A stretch of 64,000 nucleotides of DNA from Phycisphaerales bacterium (GCA_965227775.1 OZ245777.1:2656001-2720000); one strand, 5' to 3'. Positions 48,150 to 59,157 are shown, counted from the stretch's first letter. Notes: generated by a model from the sequence alone, not told the origin. Numbers and translations are program-made.

Positions 48150-50198
48150 TTACCGCACGCTCAGCCCCTCGAAGTACTTCCGACGCTCCGCTTCGGCTTG
48201 CTCGATGGCCCTGCGGGTCTGCCCGGCTTGTGATGCGAGCTCTGCCAGCTGGTCTTCTTGCGTCGTCAGCGTCTCGAGGTATCGGCGGTAGAGATCGGTG
48301 GTGCGATCGATGGCCTGCATGTTCTGGCGGATGCGGCCCTGATCCTGCTGGATCGACTGGATCTGCTGGGTGATGCGCTCCAGTTGGCCACGAAGGTCGG
48401 CCACCTTGCGGTTGAGTCGAGCGCCCTCACGGAGGGCCTCCTTAACCTTGTCGCTCGCCTCGGCGCCACGGTTGATTTGCTCGATCAGGTTTGGCAGGTC
48501 GGCATCGATCAGCCCGTAGCGGCTCGACTCGGTCCGCCGCTCGACGACCTTGAGCTCGAGTTCCTTGCCAGCGGCAACGGTGCGCTCGAAGCGGACCATG
48601 CCATCGTCGCTTTTGGAACCGTTGCTCGGCTCGATGAGATCCCAGCCGCCCATCGGCTGGTGCTCGATGACAACGGTGCGCTCCTTGCTCGCCTCATTGC
48701 GCAGCGTGTACGTGTTGGTGATGGTGCGGACATAGCTCGATTGCAGGTAGCCATTCACGATGCGATACGTCGCACGCGAACTGCTGGAGTTCTGTGCCTG
48801 CTGGGCTTTGAGCTCCATGTCGACGGCGTACGCCAGCATGCGGTCGGCCTCACGTGGCACGAAGCCCACCATCGCGTCGCCCGCGTACGCACCGTCGTAC
48901 ACGGCCACCGGCCCGCTGATCAGCGGGGCGCTGGTCGTATTGGTCAGCTCGACGCCCAGCATGGGCTGGTTGCCCTGGCTGGGCGTGTAGATGCTGATCT
49001 TGCGTGCCTCGACCCGCTCGGTCAGCATGGGGATCATCGCGCTCTGCTGGCGATCGAGGCTGATGGGATTCTCGATGCGCAGGACGACCGACTCGCCCAC
49101 CTGCATGGCGGCGGCCATGCTGGATGCAGACTCCAAGAATCCCACAGCCGAATCAGCCATCGCGGTGCCGAGCCCGAGGCTCGACTGGCCTCGTGCCGCC
49201 GCTGCGGGTTCTGATGCTGGCGCGGCGAATCGGCTGCGGCCTGCTCGGCTGAGTTCTCTCTGCTCGAGGCGCATCGATTCCGAGCCGGCATACACCTTTG
49301 GCTGAGCCAATGCCCCGCCAGGCACGTCGATGTCGGGCCGCTGCACGAACAGCGGCGTCTGCAGGTCCATCGTGAAGCCGACCGGCTGGCTGGCGACGAG
49401 CGACAGATCGATCTGGCGCCAGTCTTCTTCGGTGGTGTTCTCGACGATCGCCCACGCCTGCAGGATTGGTTCGCCCCGCTGGCTCAGCACCAGGCGGTAG
49501 GCCGGCTTCCACACGGGCATCTCGTGCACGTAGCTCACGAGCAACTCGCGGTCGCCCTGGCCGCGTGTCGAAACCTCGACCGTGCGGATGTTTTCGTCGC
49601 GCTCTTGGGCCAGGATCTCGAGGGCCCGCTGGATGTCGCTCTTGAGTTGCTGGTCGAGGAACTCGAGCCCGATGATGTCGTCTAGGTCGATGCGCTTGAT
49701 GCCGGCGCCGGTGAAGATCGTCACCGCGTAAGTGTTGATCGTCCTATCGCCCTCTGCACGCTGCACGGTCTCGACGCTCGTGATCGTGCCGGCGGCAGAG
49801 CTGTCGGCGGTCTGGATCTGGACCCGAGTGCCGCGAAGCCGGCTGAGCAATTCACTCATCGAGGGATTGTCGGCCAGGTTCACCCCGAAGCTGGCAAGCC
49901 GTCGCTCGATCGGCTCGCGCGACCCATAGCTGATGGCGCCCACCGTGCCTCCGCCGTCGAGGACCACGAGGCTCTTGAGCAGGTCGTTGAGCTGGCCTTG
50001 ATCAACGCGGAGGTGAACATTCGCGTCACCGTTGATCTCGCCTACACGCTCGAAGCTGCCCACACCGGAGCGGTAGAGCGTGATGGCGGTGATGGGCAGT
50101 TCCTGCGCCTCGTCCTGGAGGGCCAGGGCCGGGAGCGCAAGGCCGGCGACGAGCGCGATGCTCAGGCACGACTTGGGTGTTGGGCGAGTGGCTGGCAT
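48150..50198 (-). CDS. DUF4139-like secreted protein
   Basis: Signal peptide; LYRSGVGSFER, NDLLKSL, WKPAYRL, WAIVENTT..DW; C-terminal coiled coil. Confidence 0.72.
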   Translation of the reverse strand: MPATRPTPKSCLSIALVAGLALPALALQDEAQELPITAITLYRSGVGSFERVGEINGDANVHLRVDQGQLNDLLKSLVVLDGGGTVGAISYGSREPIERRLASFGVNLADNPSMSELLSRLRGTRVQIQTADSSAAGTITSVETVQRAEGDRTINTYAVTIFTGAGIKRIDLDDIIGLEFLDQQLKSDIQRALEILAQERDENIRTVEVSTRGQGDRELLVSYVHEMPVWKPAYRLVLSQRGEPILQAWAIVENTTEEDWRQIDLSLVASQPVGFTMDLQTPLFVQRPDIDVPGGALAQPKVYAGSESMRLEQRELSRAGRSRFAAPASEPAAAARGQSSLGLGTAMADSAVGFLESASSMAAAMQVGESVVLRIENPISLDRQQSAMIPMLTERVEARKISIYTPSQGNQPMLGVELTNTTSAPLISGPVAVYDGAYAGDAMVGFVPREADRMLAYAVDMELKAQQAQNSSSSRATYRIVNGYLQSSYVRTITNTYTLRNEASKERTVVIEHQPMGGWDLIEPSNGSKSDDGMVRFERTVAAGKELELKVVERRTESSRYGLIDADLPNLIEQINRGAEASDKVKEALREGARLNRKVADLRGQLERITQQIQSIQQDQGRIRQNMQAIDRTTDLYRRYLETLTTQEDQLAELASQAGQTRRAIEQAEAERRKYFEGLSVR

Positions 50199-50324
50199 AT
50201 CGAAGATCCTCCTTGGTTTCGTCCGGAGATGTACGGACGCCGGCACACTTGGATCGACCGAGCACGGGGGTTCCGTCCACTCAATCGGCCCTTGTGACAG
50301 TCCCGTGACCCATACCATCTCCGA

Positions 50325-53294
50325 ATGCCTTCGCTCAGCCTTCCGCAGCTACCCAGCACCAACGGTGCCCTGCCGGCGAACGTCCTGACCGCACTTGCCG
50401 GTGCGATCGAGGGCGAAGTCCGCGGCGGCTACCACGACCGGATGCTCTACGCGACTGATGCGTCGATCTACCAGATCGAGCCGCTCGGGGTCGTCATCCC
50501 TGCGAGCGCGGCCGATGTGGTGAAGGCCGCCCGGCTGGCGAGTGACCACGGCTTGCCGATGCTGCCCCGCGGTGGCGGTACCAGCCTTGCCGGTCAGTGC
50601 ACGAACCGAGCACTCGTCATCGACACGAGCGTGCACATGACGGCGATCGAGTCCGTTGACACTGAAGCGAGGCGGTGCACGGTCGAGCCGGGCATCACGA
50701 TCGACGACCTCAATGCGGCAATCGAGCACACGGGCCTGTTCTTTGCTCCCGATCCCTCGACCGCACGCCAGGCAAACGTCGGTGGCAGCATTGGCAACAA
50801 CGCGGCTGGCTCGCACTCAGTCTTGTACGGCAGGATGGCCGAGAGCGTCGAAGCCATCGAAGCGTGCTTGGCCGACGGCACCGTGACCCGGTTCGAGGCG
50901 GGCTCGCGGGATCCCGCCGCTCGCACGATCGCTGCGAAAGTCGTCGAGATCACAAAAGAACACCGCTGCCTTATCCGTGCACGCTTCCCCAAGACTCCCA
51001 GGCGCAACGCCGGCTACGCACTCGACATGGTGCTCGACGACATCGAGCGTGCCGAACGCGAGGGCAAGGACCCGCTGGAAGTAGTAAACCTCGCCAAGCT
51101 GCTCTGCGGAAGCGAGGGCACGCTGGCGATGACGCTGAGCGCCGAAATGCTCCTGCACCCGCTTCCGAAGGCCAAGGGCTTGGTGCTTCTTGGTTTCAAT
51201 GATCTCGACGCAGCGATCGCGGCCGTCGGGCCGCTGCTCGAGACCAAGCCCTCGGCGATCGAGCTCGTTGATGATGTGATCATCGATCTCGCGCTCGCCA
51301 ACCGCACGCACCGCGCCTCAGCCGAGGCCATGCCGATGCCAAGCACCGGCAAGCTTCGAGGCGTGTTGTACGTCGAGTACTTTGCGCAGTCCGTGGAAGA
51401 GCTCCGGGAGCGCCTCGATAGTGGCGTACGCGTTGCTGCCGAGAGCGACCCGACCGCGGGTGTTGAACGCATCGAAGACCACCGGGCAATGGCCGCCGCG
51501 TGGGCGCTGCGAAAGGCCGGCGAGCCGCTGCTGCACGGCATGGTTAGCAATCGCAAGCCGGTGACGTTCGTCGAGGACAATGCCGTGCCTGTCGAGCGAT
51601 TGGGCGAGTTTGTGCGGCGATTCCGAGCGATCGTCGAGAAGCATGGCACGTTCGCCGCGTTTTACGCTCACGCCTCGGTGGGCGTGCTGCACGTTCGGCC
51701 GGTACTCGACCCGCGCGACGACGCGGACGAGCGCAAGCTGCACGCTATCTCCGTCGAGATCGCCGACCTTGCCAAGGAGCTCGGCGGCGTCATGAGCGGT
51801 GAGCACGGCGATGGACGCGTGCGAGGCCCGCTGCTCGAGCGGTTCTACGGGCCCGAGCTGATGGACGCGTTCGCGCGTGTGAAGGCGGCTTTTGATCCCA
51901 AGGGACTGCTGAACCCCGGCAACATCGTTGGCGCCCCTGCGGACATCGAGACCATCACCCAGCGGACGCGAATCAGCCCCGAGGGCGACAAGGTCGACGT
52001 CGTGAACCGCGATACGTACTTCGACTACGAAGACCAACACGGCTATCGCGGTGCCGTGGAGATGTGCAACGGGGCGGGCGTCTGCCGGAAGAAGTCGGGC
52101 GGCGTCATGTGCCCCAGCTACATGGCCACGCTCGACGAGCGTCACAGCACCCGAGGGCGCGGAAACGCCCTCCGCCTTGCCACGACGGGGCAGCTCGAAT
52201 GCGGCGAGGCCAATCCGTGGAGCGACCCGGGCACGATGGAGACGCTCAACCTGTGCCTGAGTTGCAAGGCCTGCAAGAGCGAGTGCCCGAGCAACGTCGA
52301 CATCGCCCGCCTCAAAGCGGAATACACGGCCCAGCGGTTCTCCAGCAACGGCAGGCCCACGCTGCAGGCTGCCGTATTCGGGCACGTGCGCACGCTGAAC
52401 AAGCTCGGCTCGCTCACACCCGGGCTCGCCAACGCGATGAACCAAACCTCACTTGCCAAATGGGCCGCCGGCAAGCTGCTGAACCTCGACGAGCGACGCA
52501 GCCTGCCACCGTTCGCGCGGTCGCTTTTGGGACAATGGAAGCGAGCGGGGCTCGGCCGCCATCCGAAGCACCCGCGGGTGCTCGTGTTCGGTGACTGCTT
52601 CACGATGTACAACGAACCGCGCATCGGCCTGGCGGCGGGCCGCGTGCTTGAGGCTTTTGGCTATCAGCCCGTGCTGGTCGACGCCGGCTGCTGCGGGCGC
52701 GCGATGATCTCGACGGGGCTGCTCGACGACGCCGCACGGACGATCGCAGGCACGCACGCGAAACTCCTGGCGGTCGACTCGACCGCACCCATCGTCGTAC
52801 TGGAGCCGAGTTGCCTGTCGGCGATCATTGACGACTGGGTACAGCTCAAGAGCGCTGTGCCGCTCGCAGATCGAAAGGCGCTTGCCGATCGCACGTTTGG
52901 GCTTGAGGCGTTTCTTGAGCGATCCTGGGATGAGCATCCGCAGCTGCCCACAAACAACAACAAGCCCGATGTCTACATGCACGGCCACTGCCACGAGAAG
53001 GCGTTGCGAGGCATCGGCTCCTCTCGACAGCTGCTCGAACGATTCGCCAGCGTGCGCACGGCTGACGTGACTTGCTGCGGCATGGCCGGCTCGTTCGGTT
53101 TCACCAAGGACCGCTACGACCTCTCGATGGAGATTGGCGAGCTGGGGGCGTTGCCGCACGCCCGTGAAGCTGCAGCAGAGGGCAGGCCCGTGCTCGCAGC
53201 GGGCACAAGCTGCCGGCACCAGATGCGCGACGGAGCGTCGCTCGTAGCACTGCATCCGGCCGAGTGGCTCGATCAGGTTATCAACGGGTCGTAG
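50325..53294 (+). CDS. FAD-binding, Fe-S-containing oxidoreductase (YdiJ/GlcD-GlcF fusion type)
   Basis: PRGGGTSLAGQ, GSEGTL, SGEHGDG, CLSCKACKSECP, CCG domains. Confidence 0.9.
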   Translation: MPSLSLPQLPSTNGALPANVLTALAGAIEGEVRGGYHDRMLYATDASIYQIEPLGVVIPASAADVVKAARLASDHGLPMLPRGGGTSLAGQCTNRALVIDTSVHMTAIESVDTEARRCTVEPGITIDDLNAAIEHTGLFFAPDPSTARQANVGGSIGNNAAGSHSVLYGRMAESVEAIEACLADGTVTRFEAGSRDPAARTIAAKVVEITKEHRCLIRARFPKTPRRNAGYALDMVLDDIERAEREGKDPLEVVNLAKLLCGSEGTLAMTLSAEMLLHPLPKAKGLVLLGFNDLDAAIAAVGPLLETKPSAIELVDDVIIDLALANRTHRASAEAMPMPSTGKLRGVLYVEYFAQSVEELRERLDSGVRVAAESDPTAGVERIEDHRAMAAAWALRKAGEPLLHGMVSNRKPVTFVEDNAVPVERLGEFVRRFRAIVEKHGTFAAFYAHASVGVLHVRPVLDPRDDADERKLHAISVEIADLAKELGGVMSGEHGDGRVRGPLLERFYGPELMDAFARVKAAFDPKGLLNPGNIVGAPADIETITQRTRISPEGDKVDVVNRDTYFDYEDQHGYRGAVEMCNGAGVCRKKSGGVMCPSYMATLDERHSTRGRGNALRLATTGQLECGEANPWSDPGTMETLNLCLSCKACKSECPSNVDIARLKAEYTAQRFSSNGRPTLQAAVFGHVRTLNKLGSLTPGLANAMNQTSLAKWAAGKLLNLDERRSLPPFARSLLGQWKRAGLGRHPKHPRVLVFGDCFTMYNEPRIGLAAGRVLEAFGYQPVLVDAGCCGRAMISTGLLDDAARTIAGTHAKLLAVDSTAPIVVLEPSCLSAIIDDWVQLKSAVPLADRKALADRTFGLEAFLERSWDEHPQLPTNNNKPDVYMHGHCHEKALRGIGSSRQLLERFASVRTADVTCCGMAGSFGFTKDRYDLSMEIGELGALPHAREAAAEGRPVLAAGTSCRHQMRDGASLVALHPAEWLDQVINGS

Positions 53295-53296
53295 CG

Positions 53297-54076
53297 CTAC
53301 TCCGCCGGCGGCCGAAGCAGCCGTTCGATGCTGCCGTCGTCGCGACGGACCAGCACTTCCGTGGCCTCGCTCAGGAACAGGCCGTGCTCGATGACGCCGG
53401 GGGTGTTGTTGAGGGCGGTGGCCAGTCGTTCGTAGTTGTGGCCATCGTCGCCGTTTCCACCCGCGTGGAGCTGGACGTCGAGGATGAGATTACCGTTGTC
53501 GGTCACGTAGAGCGTGCCGTCCATGCTGCGGCGGAGCACGCCCGAAAGACCGAGCGTGCGGAGATTGGCGCGAATGGACGCGAGCCCGAAAGCCATGACC
53601 GCGACCGCCAGCGGCGTGCGTTCACCCAGGTGATCGACGAGCTTCTCTTCCTCGACGAGGTACACGCGGCGCATGGCAGCGGTTGCTACGAGTCGCTCAC
53701 GCGTCATGGCCCCGCCCGCGCCCTTGAGCATCCGCAGGTGTCCGTCGACTTCGTCGGCGCCATCAAAAAGGTAGTCGACCTGATCGATCGTCGCGAACTC
53801 GCGCACCTTGACGCCAAGCTCGAGGGCGTAGGCAGCGCTGGCTTCGCTCGTCGAGACGCAGGTGATGTCGAGCTTCTCGGCGATGACGCGGCCGGCCAGC
53901 GCTGCGATCGCACGACGAGCCGTTCGACCCGTGCCCAGGCCCACGATCATGCCGGGCTGGATGTCGGCGACGGCGGCGCGAGCGAGGGCATCGTTGGCGC
54001 TCTCGGTTGCCGCGAGGCGGGCCGCGTCGGCAGAGCCCGCGGCACCGGGGTTGTCGGACCGGGCCGGTTCAGCCAA
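53297..54076 (-). CDS. rpiA: Ribose-5-phosphate isomerase A (start approximate)
   Basis: GLGTGRT, DGADEVD, KGAGGAMTRE, TDNGN, PGVIEHGLF. Confidence 0.9.
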   Translation of the reverse strand: MAEPARSDNPGAAGSADAARLAATESANDALARAAVADIQPGMIVGLGTGRTARRAIAALAGRVIAEKLDITCVSTSEASAAYALELGVKVREFATIDQVDYLFDGADEVDGHLRMLKGAGGAMTRERLVATAAMRRVYLVEEEKLVDHLGERTPLAVAVMAFGLASIRANLRTLGLSGVLRRSMDGTLYVTDNGNLILDVQLHAGGNGDDGHNYERLATALNNTPGVIEHGLFLSEATEVLVRRDDGSIERLLRPPAE

Positions 54077-55604
54077 ATTGCACCCCCTGGGCCAAGCGCA
54101 GCGAGGCGCCGTAGTTGATCGTGCACGTCTGTCGGCGCATGTAGGCCTTCCAGCTATCGCTCCCGGCCTCGCGTCCGCCGCCCGTGTCTTTCTCGCCGCC
54201 AAACGCCCCGCCGATCTCGGCGCCGCTCGTGCCGATGTTGACGTTGGCGATACCGCAATCGCTGCCGGCCGGCGAAAGGAATCGCTCGCTCGCTCGCACG
54301 TCACCGGTCATGATGGCGCTGCTCAGGCCGTGGGCGGTCGAGTTGTGCAGCGCGATGGCGTCGTCGAGATCGCGATAGGCAAAGACGTACAGGATTGGTG
54401 CGAAGGTCTCGCGCTGGGCGACCGCGAGCTGGTTGCTGGCAGGAGCGCGAATGATCGTCGGCTTCACGAAGCAACCACCGAGCGAGGCATCGGCTCGCTC
54501 GCCACCCACGAGCACCGTGCCGCCCTGGCTCTTGGCTTCTTCGATGGCGGCATCGAAGGCCTCGCCAGATCGCTCGGTAATCAACGGGCCGACGAGCGTA
54601 CTGTCGTCCATCGGGTCGCCGATTGGGGCACGCTCGTAGGCGTCGGTGAGCTTCTCGAGCAACGGCTCCACGATCGATTCGTGGGCGATGAGGCGACGCG
54701 TTGTCGTGCAGCGCTGGCCGGCGGTACCAACGGCGGCAAACAGCAACGCGGGCACGGCCAGGTCGAGGTCCGCGTCGGGCTCGACGATGACGGCGTTGTT
54801 GCCGCCGAGCTCCAGCAGGCACTTGCCCAAGCGGGCGGCGACGACCTGGCCCACCTTGCGGCCCATCTCCGTGGAGCCGGTCGCGCTGATGAGCGGCAAG
54901 CGGGCGTCGGCGGTCATGGGCTTGGCAACCGTCTCGTCGGTGCCGATCACCAGGTTGAAGACGCCCTCGTGGCCCATGTCGCGAGCCACCTTGTCGGCGA
55001 TGGCGTTGGTCGCCATCGCGGTCAGTGGCGCCATCAGGCTGGGCTTCCAGATAACCGTGTCGCCGCAGATGGCCGCGATCATCGCGTTCCAGCCCCACAC
55101 GGCGTTGGGGAAGTTGAACGCCGTAATGACGCCGATGGGCCCAAGCGGCTGCCACTGCTCGAACAGCCTGTGGTCTGCTCGCTCGCTGGGCATGGTCCGC
55201 CCGCCGATCATGCGCGACAGGCCCGTGGCGTAGTCGGCGATGTCGATGGTCTCTTGGACCTCGCCGAGGCCCTCGCTCCTGATCTTGCCGACCTCCATGC
55301 TGACGAGCGCGCCCAGGGCGTCCTTGTGCTCGCGCAGGGCGTGGCCGATGCGTCGAACGACCTCACCCCGTTCGGGTGCGGGCACCGACCGCCACGTCAG
55401 GAACGACGCCCTGGCACGCTCGATGGCCGCTTCGAGTTCGGCAGTGCCTTCGAGGCGGACACCGGCCAGCGGCTGGCCTGTTGCGGGATTCAGGCTGACG
55501 ACCTGCGAGGCGTCGCCCGGGTCGGCCCGGTCGGGTGCGATGTACCGCGGGTCATCGGCCAGGGGCAGCGTCTCGAGCGGATTACCGACCGTCGTCTGGG
55601 GCAT
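54069..55604 (-). CDS. Aldehyde dehydrogenase, ALDH7/piperideine-6-carboxylate dehydrogenase type
   Basis: TAFNFP, LELGGNNA, GTAGQRCT, GAEIGGAFGGEK, GSDSWKAYMRR. Confidence 0.9.
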   Translation of the reverse strand: MPQTTVGNPLETLPLADDPRYIAPDRADPGDASQVVSLNPATGQPLAGVRLEGTAELEAAIERARASFLTWRSVPAPERGEVVRRIGHALREHKDALGALVSMEVGKIRSEGLGEVQETIDIADYATGLSRMIGGRTMPSERADHRLFEQWQPLGPIGVITAFNFPNAVWGWNAMIAAICGDTVIWKPSLMAPLTAMATNAIADKVARDMGHEGVFNLVIGTDETVAKPMTADARLPLISATGSTEMGRKVGQVVAARLGKCLLELGGNNAVIVEPDADLDLAVPALLFAAVGTAGQRCTTTRRLIAHESIVEPLLEKLTDAYERAPIGDPMDDSTLVGPLITERSGEAFDAAIEEAKSQGGTVLVGGERADASLGGCFVKPTIIRAPASNQLAVAQRETFAPILYVFAYRDLDDAIALHNSTAHGLSSAIMTGDVRASERFLSPAGSDCGIANVNIGTSGAEIGGAFGGEKDTGGGREAGSDSWKAYMRRQTCTINYGASLRLAQGVQFG

Positions 55605-55646
55605 CGGGGCACTGTAGGCAAAGCCCGCCCCCGCTCTCGGGATCCC

Positions 55647-56477
55647 TCAGTCGCAGCCGGCGTCGAAGGCGTTCTGGAAGGCGAGGAAGTCGAAGATGGT
55701 CAGCTCGCCGTCGTCGTCGAAGTCGGCGATGGGGCTCGCGGCGTCGAAGTAGTTCTGAAACAGCAGGAAGTCGAAGATGGTCAGCTCGCGATCGGCGTCG
55801 AGGTCGGGGCGGCAGCGCGGCGGGCGGAACGAGAAGGTCACGTCGTGCGTGGCCCGATCACTGAGGCTGCTCTCGTCGTCGATCACCACCTCGAAGTCGG
55901 CGAAGGCTTCGAAGGTGTAGCGACCGGGCGCGAGCTCGAGGGTCCACGTCCAGCTTCGCGGGCGCGAGGCCGGGACGCCGCTGACGACGACGCCGTCGGG
56001 ACCGGTGAGCCTGCCGGGCTCGTACTGGTCATAGGTGATGTCGTCGAAGCGGCTGGGCAGTACCCTCAGGTGCAGACCGCCGGGTCGGTCGATCTCGAAG
56101 ACGACTTGCGTTCGCCATTCGCCCGCGGCCACGCGCGAGGCGGTGCCCAGGCGTCGATCTTCGACGAAGAAGTTGTGGTCGGCCCCGAACCGCATGCTGG
56201 CGCCGGCGGGCTCGATACGCCAATCGCACTCTGATCTTGTGCTCACCCGCGGATCCAGAAAGCGGTCGACCTCGGCCTCAGCCTCGGCGCGCGGATCAAA
56301 CAGCTCGTCGTCGAAGTCGGTGTCGGTATCGATGACGGGCGCGGGCGGCACGCGGAGCTCGGCTCGCGCCGACGATTCGACCTCGGCTGAGATCACCGTC
56401 AGCCGCGGCCTGGACTGGCCAAGGGCGGTCGTCGACCCGGCGAGCACGAGGCCGAGAATCAGTATGCAAAACCGCAT
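55647..56477 (-). CDS. Secreted protein with GC-type dockerin tag
   Basis: Signal peptide; ends CRPDLDADRELTIFDFL..ADFDDDGELTIFDFLAFQNAFDAGCD. Confidence 0.82.
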   Translation of the reverse strand: MRFCILILGLVLAGSTTALGQSRPRLTVISAEVESSARAELRVPPAPVIDTDTDFDDELFDPRAEAEAEVDRFLDPRVSTRSECDWRIEPAGASMRFGADHNFFVEDRRLGTASRVAAGEWRTQVVFEIDRPGGLHLRVLPSRFDDITYDQYEPGRLTGPDGVVVSGVPASRPRSWTWTLELAPGRYTFEAFADFEVVIDDESSLSDRATHDVTFSFRPPRCRPDLDADRELTIFDFLLFQNYFDAASPIADFDDDGELTIFDFLAFQNAFDAGCD

Positions 56478-56524
56478 GCGGTGCCTCCCATCACTCTGGT
56501 TCTCTGGATGGTGGTACCGATGCG

Positions 56525-56552
56525 CATTCGCGGGGTTGCGAGTCCGCGAATG
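56525..56552. terminator. Stem-loop downstream of thiS
   Basis: CATTCGCGG-N10-CCGCGAATG. Confidence 0.45.
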
Positions 56553-56558
56553 AACGGC

Positions 56559-56780
56559 TCAGCCGCCGCCGACGAGGGTGACGATCTCGATTTCGTCGCC
56601 GTTGCCCAGCGTGTGGGTCTCGTGGGTCGCCTTGGGGGCCAGTTCGCGGTTGACCTCAACGGCGCATGCGGTGCGGGCCAGGCCGAGCTGCTCGATGAGG
56701 CCGGCGATGGTCGTGCCCTGTGGGGCCTCGCGCTGCTCACCATTGACATTCAGCGAGATGGTCTGCGTTGCCTGGGCCAT
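56559..56780 (-). CDS. thiS: Sulfur carrier protein ThiS
   Basis: VNGE..AVEVNREL..GDEIEIVTLVGGG C-terminus. Confidence 0.92.
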   Translation of the reverse strand: MAQATQTISLNVNGEQREAPQGTTIAGLIEQLGLARTACAVEVNRELAPKATHETHTLGNGDEIEIVTLVGGG

Positions 56781-56846
56781 GGTGGATGGTAACCAATCGT
56801 TCGCGAGTTCGCAACGATGTTTCCGGCCGCTGCGTACGGTCTATGT

Positions 56847-57698
56847 ATGAACCCTACCCGCCCCATCGCGTTCGTCGTGCTGGCACTCGCTGCGGTGGTC
56901 TCGCTGGCGGGATGTGAGCAGGACTACCCGCAGGAAAGCCCCGAGGCGCTCGTCGAATCGGCCCGCCAGATGGTGCTGGACCGCAAGGCGCGGCGGCTTA
57001 GCGACTTAGTCTGGACCGAGAGCGAAGGCGAGCGGCTGGTGGTCGATCGCCTGGGCCGCACGATGGGCGCGCTGCAGCGGCTGGGCGAGGCCGTGTCCAA
57101 CGAGTTTCCCGAGGAGGTCGAGGAGATCCGCAAGCGGGCCGATGAGGCGGCCGAGAGCGGCGAGATCACCAGCCTGATCGGGCGTGCGATGACGGCCCAG
57201 GTCGGCGCGGCGCGCGGCGCACCGGGAGCGATCCGAGACCGTGATCGGGACCGCATGCGTCAGGGCTTCGACGGCGTCATCCGCGAGCTGATGGCCGACC
57301 CCTACGGCTGGCTCGAGCGCCACGGCGACAAGCTGCAGCCGATGCGCATCACCGACGACATCGTGGCGCTGAGCTGGCAGGGCAAGCCGGTTGTCGGGCT
57401 GAGCCTGGTGGAGCACGACGGCAAGTGGTACCTGAAGCTGCCGCTCGACCAGCCGGCGCTGCGTCGATTTCTGCCGCAAACCGAAGAAGAATTCGAGATC
57501 TGGGCCGAGCTTGCGGGCACGGTGCACAACGTGCTGCAAGACCTGGCCGACGAGGTCGAGCGCGGCGAGCACAAGAACCTGGAGAGCGTGGCCGCCAGCG
57601 CGGGCGAGTACGCGTTCTTGCCAACGGTGCTGGTGCTGGTCTCGTATGGCAAGGCGCTCGAAGATCGTGGGTCGGAGCGCGAGTCGGGCGAGGGGTGA
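56847..57698 (+). CDS. Hypothetical lipoprotein
   Basis: LAGC lipobox after hydrophobic stretch; strong codon bias. Confidence 0.7.
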   Translation: MNPTRPIAFVVLALAAVVSLAGCEQDYPQESPEALVESARQMVLDRKARRLSDLVWTESEGERLVVDRLGRTMGALQRLGEAVSNEFPEEVEEIRKRADEAAESGEITSLIGRAMTAQVGAARGAPGAIRDRDRDRMRQGFDGVIRELMADPYGWLERHGDKLQPMRITDDIVALSWQGKPVVGLSLVEHDGKWYLKLPLDQPALRRFLPQTEEEFEIWAELAGTVHNVLQDLADEVERGEHKNLESVAASAGEYAFLPTVLVLVSYGKALEDRGSERESGEG

Positions 57699-57787
57699 GG
57701 GCACTTTCGCGCTGTATGTCGCCGTAGCGCTTGCTCGCCATCGGCGTACACGGTTTCAAGAGCTGTGCTCCGAATTCCGCGATCGCT

Positions 57788-58096
57788 CTACGCGGCAAGC
57801 ACGAACGAGATGAACCACTGGTATAGAGCCCAGAATCCCATGCACAACACCGCCACCACGCTAATCGCGATCTCCCACGCGATGCCACGCAGGCGGCGGA
57901 TCACTCGGTAGACGCCGGACGAGACCGCACACGCCAGCATCAGCACGAACAACACGTAGGGCAGCGGGGACTCGAACAGGTCCAGGGGCAGCACGCCGAA
58001 AAAGTGCAGGCCGACCGCGAACACGAACGCCACGCAGATGCCGAGGCAGCTGATGGCCGCGATGGTCCTTCCCTTATTCGTGTCGTTGGGCTGCAT
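57788..58096 (-). CDS. Small three-TM membrane protein
   Basis: Three hydrophobic segments; AGGA RBS. Confidence 0.55.
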   Translation of the reverse strand: MQPNDTNKGRTIAAISCLGICVAFVFAVGLHFFGVLPLDLFESPLPYVLFVLMLACAVSSGVYRVIRRLRGIAWEIAISVVAVLCMGFWALYQWFISFVLAA

Positions 58097-58159
58097 GATG
58101 GGTGTCCTGCTGAGACATCGTACGTGAGGATAAATGCACCCCACCACCACCCCCCCGCG

Positions 58160-59050
58160 CTATCTGGCGGCGCTCGCCGCACCCTCGCCACACTCCGGGC
58201 ACGTGGTCGCGATCTTGTCGAGCTGGTAGCCGCAGGAGACGCAGCACGATCGGCGGCGGCGTACGTGCGCGATGTATGCGCGTGAGCTTCCTCGCGCCAG
58301 TAGGACGGGCATCGCAAAGCAGATCGCGTTCAGCAGGAACATCGGCACGTCGATACGTAGCGGCAACGGCAGGCCGATGGGGCGTCCGCCATAACCCAGC
58401 GGCTCGCGTCGCAGGACGATACCGCCCAAGAACGACATGGTCGCCGGCTCCAGGACCGTCTGGCCGCTCGAATCCCAGACGTGCCGCGTCTGCGCGTGCA
58501 TCGACCTGAACGGCCAGCCGCACTCGATGCCAACGATGGTGGCGAACTGCTCGTGCACCACCGGCACCGGCAGCATGCTCCAGTTGTCGACGGGAGACAC
58601 GAACTCTGGAATCACCGGGTCGGTGGTGACGATCGAGCCGTCGCTGTCGCGCTCGTACATGATGATGTGCCGGCTGGACAGCGACGCCGAGCCACCCGCA
58701 TTGCCCCACGCCTGGTGCGGCTGGTCCGAGAGGTCGCTCTGCGGATGCAGCAGTCCCGGCGTCGTGGCCGACGCCTGGTGCCATTTCGCGTTCAGGCTCT
58801 CGTCCTCGGCCGGCGTGGTGTCGGTCGCCTTGTGGCACAATTGGCAACGGCGACCATGACGGCGAGCATCGATGTCATCCGACCACAGCGCCCACGTATG
58901 GGTGAACGCGCCCACCGCCGTGGCCCTCGACGCGGTGCGGATCAGGGAGTAGCACGCCACATACGAAAGGGCGGCCGATGCCACCACCCCGATCAACAGC
59001 GAGCTCAGCATCAGCCGCAGGCGTCGTATCGCGGCCCCCTTACCACGCAT
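58160..59050 (-). CDS. Membrane protein with C-terminal zinc ribbon
   Basis: GWPFRSM motif, TM, RRRRSCCVSCGYQL..CPECG. Confidence 0.68.
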   Translation of the reverse strand: MRGKGAAIRRLRLMLSSLLIGVVASAALSYVACYSLIRTASRATAVGAFTHTWALWSDDIDARRHGRRCQLCHKATDTTPAEDESLNAKWHQASATTPGLLHPQSDLSDQPHQAWGNAGGSASLSSRHIIMYERDSDGSIVTTDPVIPEFVSPVDNWSMLPVPVVHEQFATIVGIECGWPFRSMHAQTRHVWDSSGQTVLEPATMSFLGGIVLRREPLGYGGRPIGLPLPLRIDVPMFLLNAICFAMPVLLARGSSRAYIAHVRRRRSCCVSCGYQLDKIATTCPECGEGAASAAR

Positions 59051-59157
59051 GGCTTGTGGTACGCATCGATCGGCGAAGGGATGCTAAGGATTCGTTTCGG
59101 CCACAACCCAACCCTGCCCCGTGCAATAGTCGAAACGAATCCGACCCACCACCGCGA

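Noticed and set aside
53862..56234. 790-aa plus-strand ORF
   Set aside because: Antisense to rpiA, ALDH and a dockerin gene, which are all well supported
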